DNA of 64,000 bases from Piromyces finnis finn (Eukaryota; Fungi; Neocallimastigomycota): the NCBI GenBank assembly GCA_002104945.1, contig MCFH01000001.1:1240001-1304000 (forward strand). Direction: 5' to 3'. This document shows, in pieces, positions 58,776 through 64,000 of the stretch (position 1 is the stretch's first letter; every line of letters begins with the position of its first letter). Made by a program: the position numbers and the translations under genes. The notes beneath the pieces are model-generated. The model did no database searches. It was not told the origin of the DNA and saw only the letters and a list, made by a program, of their open reading frames with translations.

Positions 58776-61510
58776 TAGTATACGCCAGGATCATCATGTA
58801 AAAGTTGTTTTATAATTATATTAAATTAAAAATATTTTATAACAATTTTAATATAATATATATAGTTTTAGGAGGTTCAGGTAAAATTTTAGAAAATATA
58901 TAATGAAAAATCAACTGAATAACTATTAATAAATTATTTGATAAAGGTCTTATTATAACAAAAAAAACAAAATTTCAAGATGAAGCATTTGATTTAATAG
59001 ATATATTAATAAATGATAAATATCCATTCTTTGTAGAAATTAATACAGCAACAACTGTAAATTTATTAAATAATAAATAAATAATAATAATTAATTCCTA
59101 ATTTCATTTATTTTATACTGATTTGAATATAATATTAATTTAAATGAATATATATTTATAAAGCCATTTGAAAATATACATGGGAACGAGTATGATAAAT
59201 ATGAATTCATTTTATATAAAAAATTTAAAACATATTAATTATCATGTTATTATATATATATAGATGTAATGATTCACAAAAGACAAAAAAGGAATTATGT
59301 CATAATATTTTAGAGATGGATGGAACTTATCCATATTATTATATCAAAGATAACAAAACTAATGTTGTATATTTAACACATATAATATCAAATTCAGAAA
59401 GAGGAGTATATATCAATACAAATATTTCACAAAATTTGTCATTAATAGATAATACGAATAAAGAAAGTTATTATATGTGTGACAATCAAGTAAATTACGA
59501 AAGGAATTCTATTACATATTATGATGATTTCAAAATTGAATTTCCAATTAATGATAATGAAACCATTATTCTTAAATCTATGAATGATATTACTAAAACC
59601 TATGAGCAGTCAAATAGTTTAATTTGTTCTATTTATGATGAGATTTTGAAAAATGCTAAACCATATCAAGTAAAGATAAATGAAAAAGAAAAATATAAAA
59701 ATACATATTAAATATAAAGAAATATATCTTATTAAATACTAATATAAAAAATATTTCTTATGCATAAATATAGTTTCCATATAGTACATTGTAAATATTC
59801 AAATTCATTTTTATATTATAAAGTATTAAGCATATTAAAATTTTCATTAATTTATTTTATTAAAATTTATAAATAATAGCAATGAAATAAATGAAATTGA
59901 GTATAAATCACCTGTATCAATTCTTTTAGCACATCTTTATTATAAGCATAATGAAACAAATGAAGGAACTTTTGATAATATAATAAATGAATGTTGTGAT
60001 ATAATGGATGAAATACTTCTACCAAATTGTTATAATTATAATAAAATAAAAATTTCTCTAGGAACTTGTAATGAAAAAACTCAAAAAATGTCTATTGAAT
60101 ATTTAAATTGTAAACCTGGATCAGATATTGAATTGTATCCGGAAGAAATAGCTTGCCCTTATATTCCTTATAAGAATTATAAAGGAATTGGAATAATTGT
60201 GATAATCAGTATAGCCATTATTATTAAACTTACCTTATTAATCGTTATAATTATGTAAATTTCTCTAATACAGAAATATATTTTTTATTGAATATGCTCT
60301 AATTTATTCTTCTTTGTTTTCAATTACTAATATGTTTATATAGATATCGTAAAGAAAGATGTATATATATAAGTGGTTTAGGCTTTTTAATTATTCTCGT
60401 ATTATCAAGTATTGTCTTGGACTTTTCAGTTTATTTCTGGGTTGGTGATATCATTAAATTTAAATGCATTACAAAGCTTTGGTTACTTATATGTGGTGTA
60501 ATATTATCTTTCTCTATTTAATTTAAAAAGTATCAGAAAAATAAATTTGATTACTTAAATATACTATTTTAATATATTTTAAATAATAAAAGATCACTGG
60601 TATCTTATGCTCATTTGCCATTAAAAATGAAATTATTATATCAGCATATAATAATAATAGTATTACAAAAGTAAATAGTAAATATAAAAGTTCTATTATT
60701 TACATTGTTGTAATAATAATTCAAATAGCAGTACTAATCATATGGACATTTGCTCAAAGCGGAGTTGATATAAAGTATAATAATTTAAGTAATAATGCAC
60801 CTTATATATATAAAACATGTTCTCGCGGAAGTCAACCTTTATTATCAATAATATTTGGAATAGATTATATTTTATTATTTCTATTAATATATATATCATA
60901 TAAAGGAAGAAATAGTTAGTAATCACAATATTTTAAAAAATTATATTTATTATTTTTATATTAACTATTTTATTATATTTTATTTAAATATCTATCATAC
61001 TAATGAAATAAATAATAGTACCAGCAGAATTTAATGAAGTATTTTTTATAAATTATTATAATTATATGTTTTAATGTAAAAACATTTTCTAACTTTTATT
61101 ATAATATAGTCTAAAAAAGTTTTTATTTCATCACTGATTTCCATATTATTAGTATGATAAATAATAATAAACCATAATATATATAATATGTGAATAATAC
61201 TAATATATTACTAATGTTAATATTACTATTGATATTTAAATAGCTATCTCTTTGCTATCTCTCAATGATGATGGAAATGGTAAATGAGATTCAATATATA
61301 TTTATTTCTACAGCGACAATAATTACTTCAGTAATTATTGTAATTCTATTTGTAGGAATCAAACTATTAATAGTATTCAATATTGATATTATGAGTTCTG
61401 TTGATAACACATCTGTGGTGGTAGTTGTTAGTAAAAATATCAATGGAAATGAAGATACTAAAGAAAAAATGGCATCTGGGTATATATATAATAGTGGAAT
61501 CTTAATATAA
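56537..61510 (+). CDS. Class C-like 7TM GPCR with N-terminal bacterial-type solute-binding domain, paralogue B
   Basis: Collinear exon structure with paralogue A: CPDIIMLGTTQ; WLAIPLLTDFRIFQFN; YPP..WTWNKVLEYSK; LGGSGLIITK; YRKERCIYISG; KCITKLW; IQIAVLIIW; IPAEFNESKKVF; stop at 61510. Confidence 0.85.
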
Positions 61511-61931
61511 AACATTAGAAAACATATTCCAATGATAAAAATATACATATATGTATATTTTAATTTCTTATGTATTTAATAATAAATTTTATTTTATTAT
61601 ATTTATTAAATTTATAGAATTATGATATTTTACTATATTATTATATTATTTATAATATCTGAATCTACCCTATATAGTAATTTTTTAAACATACTTAAAA
61701 TAAACAAAGAATATCAAAATAAAAAAAAAAGTTACAAATTTTTGTTAAAATTAAGGATTCTATATCAAATCATTAATTATTTTATTCATTTTATATTTTA
61801 ATTATTATTATTTATACTTTTTTTTTTTTTTTTTTTTTTTGAAATCTATATGAATATATTTAAATTTATTTCTTAATTAATAAATCTATATAATAAATAA
61901 AAATAGCGATAATAATACATTATTAAAAATT

Positions 61932-63974
61932 TTAATTAGTAGGCTCCGATATAATATCTATATCTTCATCTAAATATTCTGGTTTTTTATCTGATATTAC
62001 GAAAATTGGATAATCACCCTTCACCTAATAAAAAATGAAAAAGACATAGTAAATAAATAAAAATAATGGATTAATATTAATTGTTATAATTAAAAATTAT
62101 TTACATTTTCGAATTGTGTACAAAAATCGTTAAAATCTCCTTCATCTGAAAAATAAAATCCTACAGCTAGTGATGGATCTAATGAAGCTATATCTATTGT
62201 TTGTACTGTTGAGCATTTATATGAAATAAAATCCTTTTTTTTATTATTATAGTAAATCAATTAAAAGAAATTTATATTATGATTAATATAAATTCATTAT
62301 TTATATTAATAATGATAATATTTTATTATTAAGAATATATATTGAATTATTTACATCATCATCATATTTGTCTTTTTTTTCTAATGCTTTTATGTTAAAT
62401 GTATTATAATAAAAAAATATTAATTTAGGAATTCTATCTATAATTAATATATAATTAAATTACCTGGTTTTATTATATGAGGATCTAAATAAATAATGTC
62501 ATTATCTAATAATATATAAATTTTAATAATTATATCATAATATCATAATATTTAGTATTTAATGTTATATATTAATAACTTTGACACTTACCATCATTTC
62601 CTATTAAATATAAAGAAGATTTCGGTTTACCACTATTTATTCACATTGCATATATGAATATATTAATAGAAATTAATAGAAATTTTAGAGTAAAATATAT
62701 ATATATATATTTAATTACCCAGCAATTCCTATACATTGGGGAAACTGAAAACATATCTGTTTTATTATAATTTTAAATGAATGATAAATTTAATTTGATA
62801 ATATTAATTGTTTAAATATATATGAGTTTTACCTTTAATCCTTCATGATATAAAGGATTTAAACTCTTAATACCTAATCGCAAAGGCAATAATATAATTA
62901 AAGCTTTATTCCAATTATTTGTAACTTTTACTACTTCATCTTTATATATTGATTGGTCTACAGACACACATACTCCTATACATTTATTGCATTCCGATGA
63001 ATGTTCAACAGCATTTTTTAATACTTGAGAAATAATCATCGGTCCAAACCATTCACCAATTGATTTATCATATTTTTGACCCAAAGTTGCAATTTTATGA
63101 ATTGAAAAGGGTTTTTCTGGAAAATCTAAAAACCAATTAATTAATTCTTTATATGTTTCGAATTTTTCCTTATTATTAATACGCCAATCTTTAATGATAA
63201 TAATAATAATACACAGATATTTAGTCAACTGATATATACAATATATATTATAAAATGAAACATAAAATAATTTTAAAAAAAAAAAAAATACCTCTTCCTA
63301 AAAAATGATATACAAAAGCATTTATTAAAAGCATTTGACCTGATCTCAACATGCATCCCCATCCCATATCTGATGTATAGTCTGACGGTAATATAGGCTC
63401 AAAGGAATGTCTATAAGTTAACCAAATTCTTGAACTATGGTCTAAGAAAAATGAAGACTCTTGTTGATTTGTTTTTTCCATTCCATTAGGATAATATTGT
63501 CCAAGTAACCACACTGGATCTTTAATAAAAAAAAAACATATATTGTAAATAAAAATTTAATATATTTAATATATTAGATATTTAATATATAATGAAAAAA
63601 TTTAAAATTAATATGTTAATTGAATAATTATATTTAATAGTCTTGAACTATTACTTGTTCTTGATTTTAATCTTTCTTTTGCTTGTATTATTACATCATT
63701 TGTCCAATTAACTATATTATAATAATAGTAAGATACTGACTTAGAATATTTACTTCCTTTATATACATAATATAATAAAAAAAATATTAATATTAGCATT
63801 CTATTAGGAAAATAATTTAATATTTAACTTTTTTATCATTATATCCATACCACTACGTTCTAATGAAACCGAAGAATCGTTTTTTTTATTATTATTTTCC
63901 ATCTCTGTATTTTCATTTTTATTTTCATTACTATTTAAGTCTTTATTGGAAGATAAATGTGTTTGATATTCCAT
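61932..63974 (-). CDS. ATG4: Autophagy cysteine protease Atg4 (peptidase C54)
   Basis: VWLLGQYY; [11 protein letters not shown]; catalytic [17 protein letters not shown]; PFSIHKI; IGEWFGP; LLPLRLG; YLDPH (catalytic Asp/His); [11 protein letters not shown]; ends [11 protein letters not shown]. Confidence 0.96.
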
Positions 63975-64000
63975 AATTTAATAATTATTTAGATATTATT

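Overview
This is an extremely AT-rich, intron-dense eukaryotic window. Composition, short GT-AG introns, CBM18-rich chitinase and SBP-GPCR fusions point to an anaerobic gut fungus (Neocallimastigomycota); the taxon is inferred. I spliced about 15 protein genes by hand. Housekeeping genes: DCAF7/WDR68-type WD40 (5'-truncated), SEC18/NSF, bystin/ENP1, SEC24, ADE16/17 (PurH), CK2 beta and ATG4. Less ordinary content: (i) two tandem, ~23-exon genes fusing a bacterial-type sugar-binding (SBP family 1-like) ectodomain to a class C-like 7TM GPCR; (ii) two tandem, apparently intact nicastrin (gamma-secretase subunit) paralogues; (iii) a secreted GH18 chitinase carrying 10-Cys hevein/CBM18 variants; (iv) a RING-H2 ligase with three SIM-like motifs and an MIU-like motif (candidate STUbL); (v) an orphan ~1,070-aa single-pass membrane protein with Trp-Pro repeats; (vi) a small helical protein that may be Med30-like; (vii) a decayed Ty3/Gypsy integrase fragment. 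I recognised no rRNA, tRNA or CRISPR. All exon boundaries were read by eye and no database searches were run.
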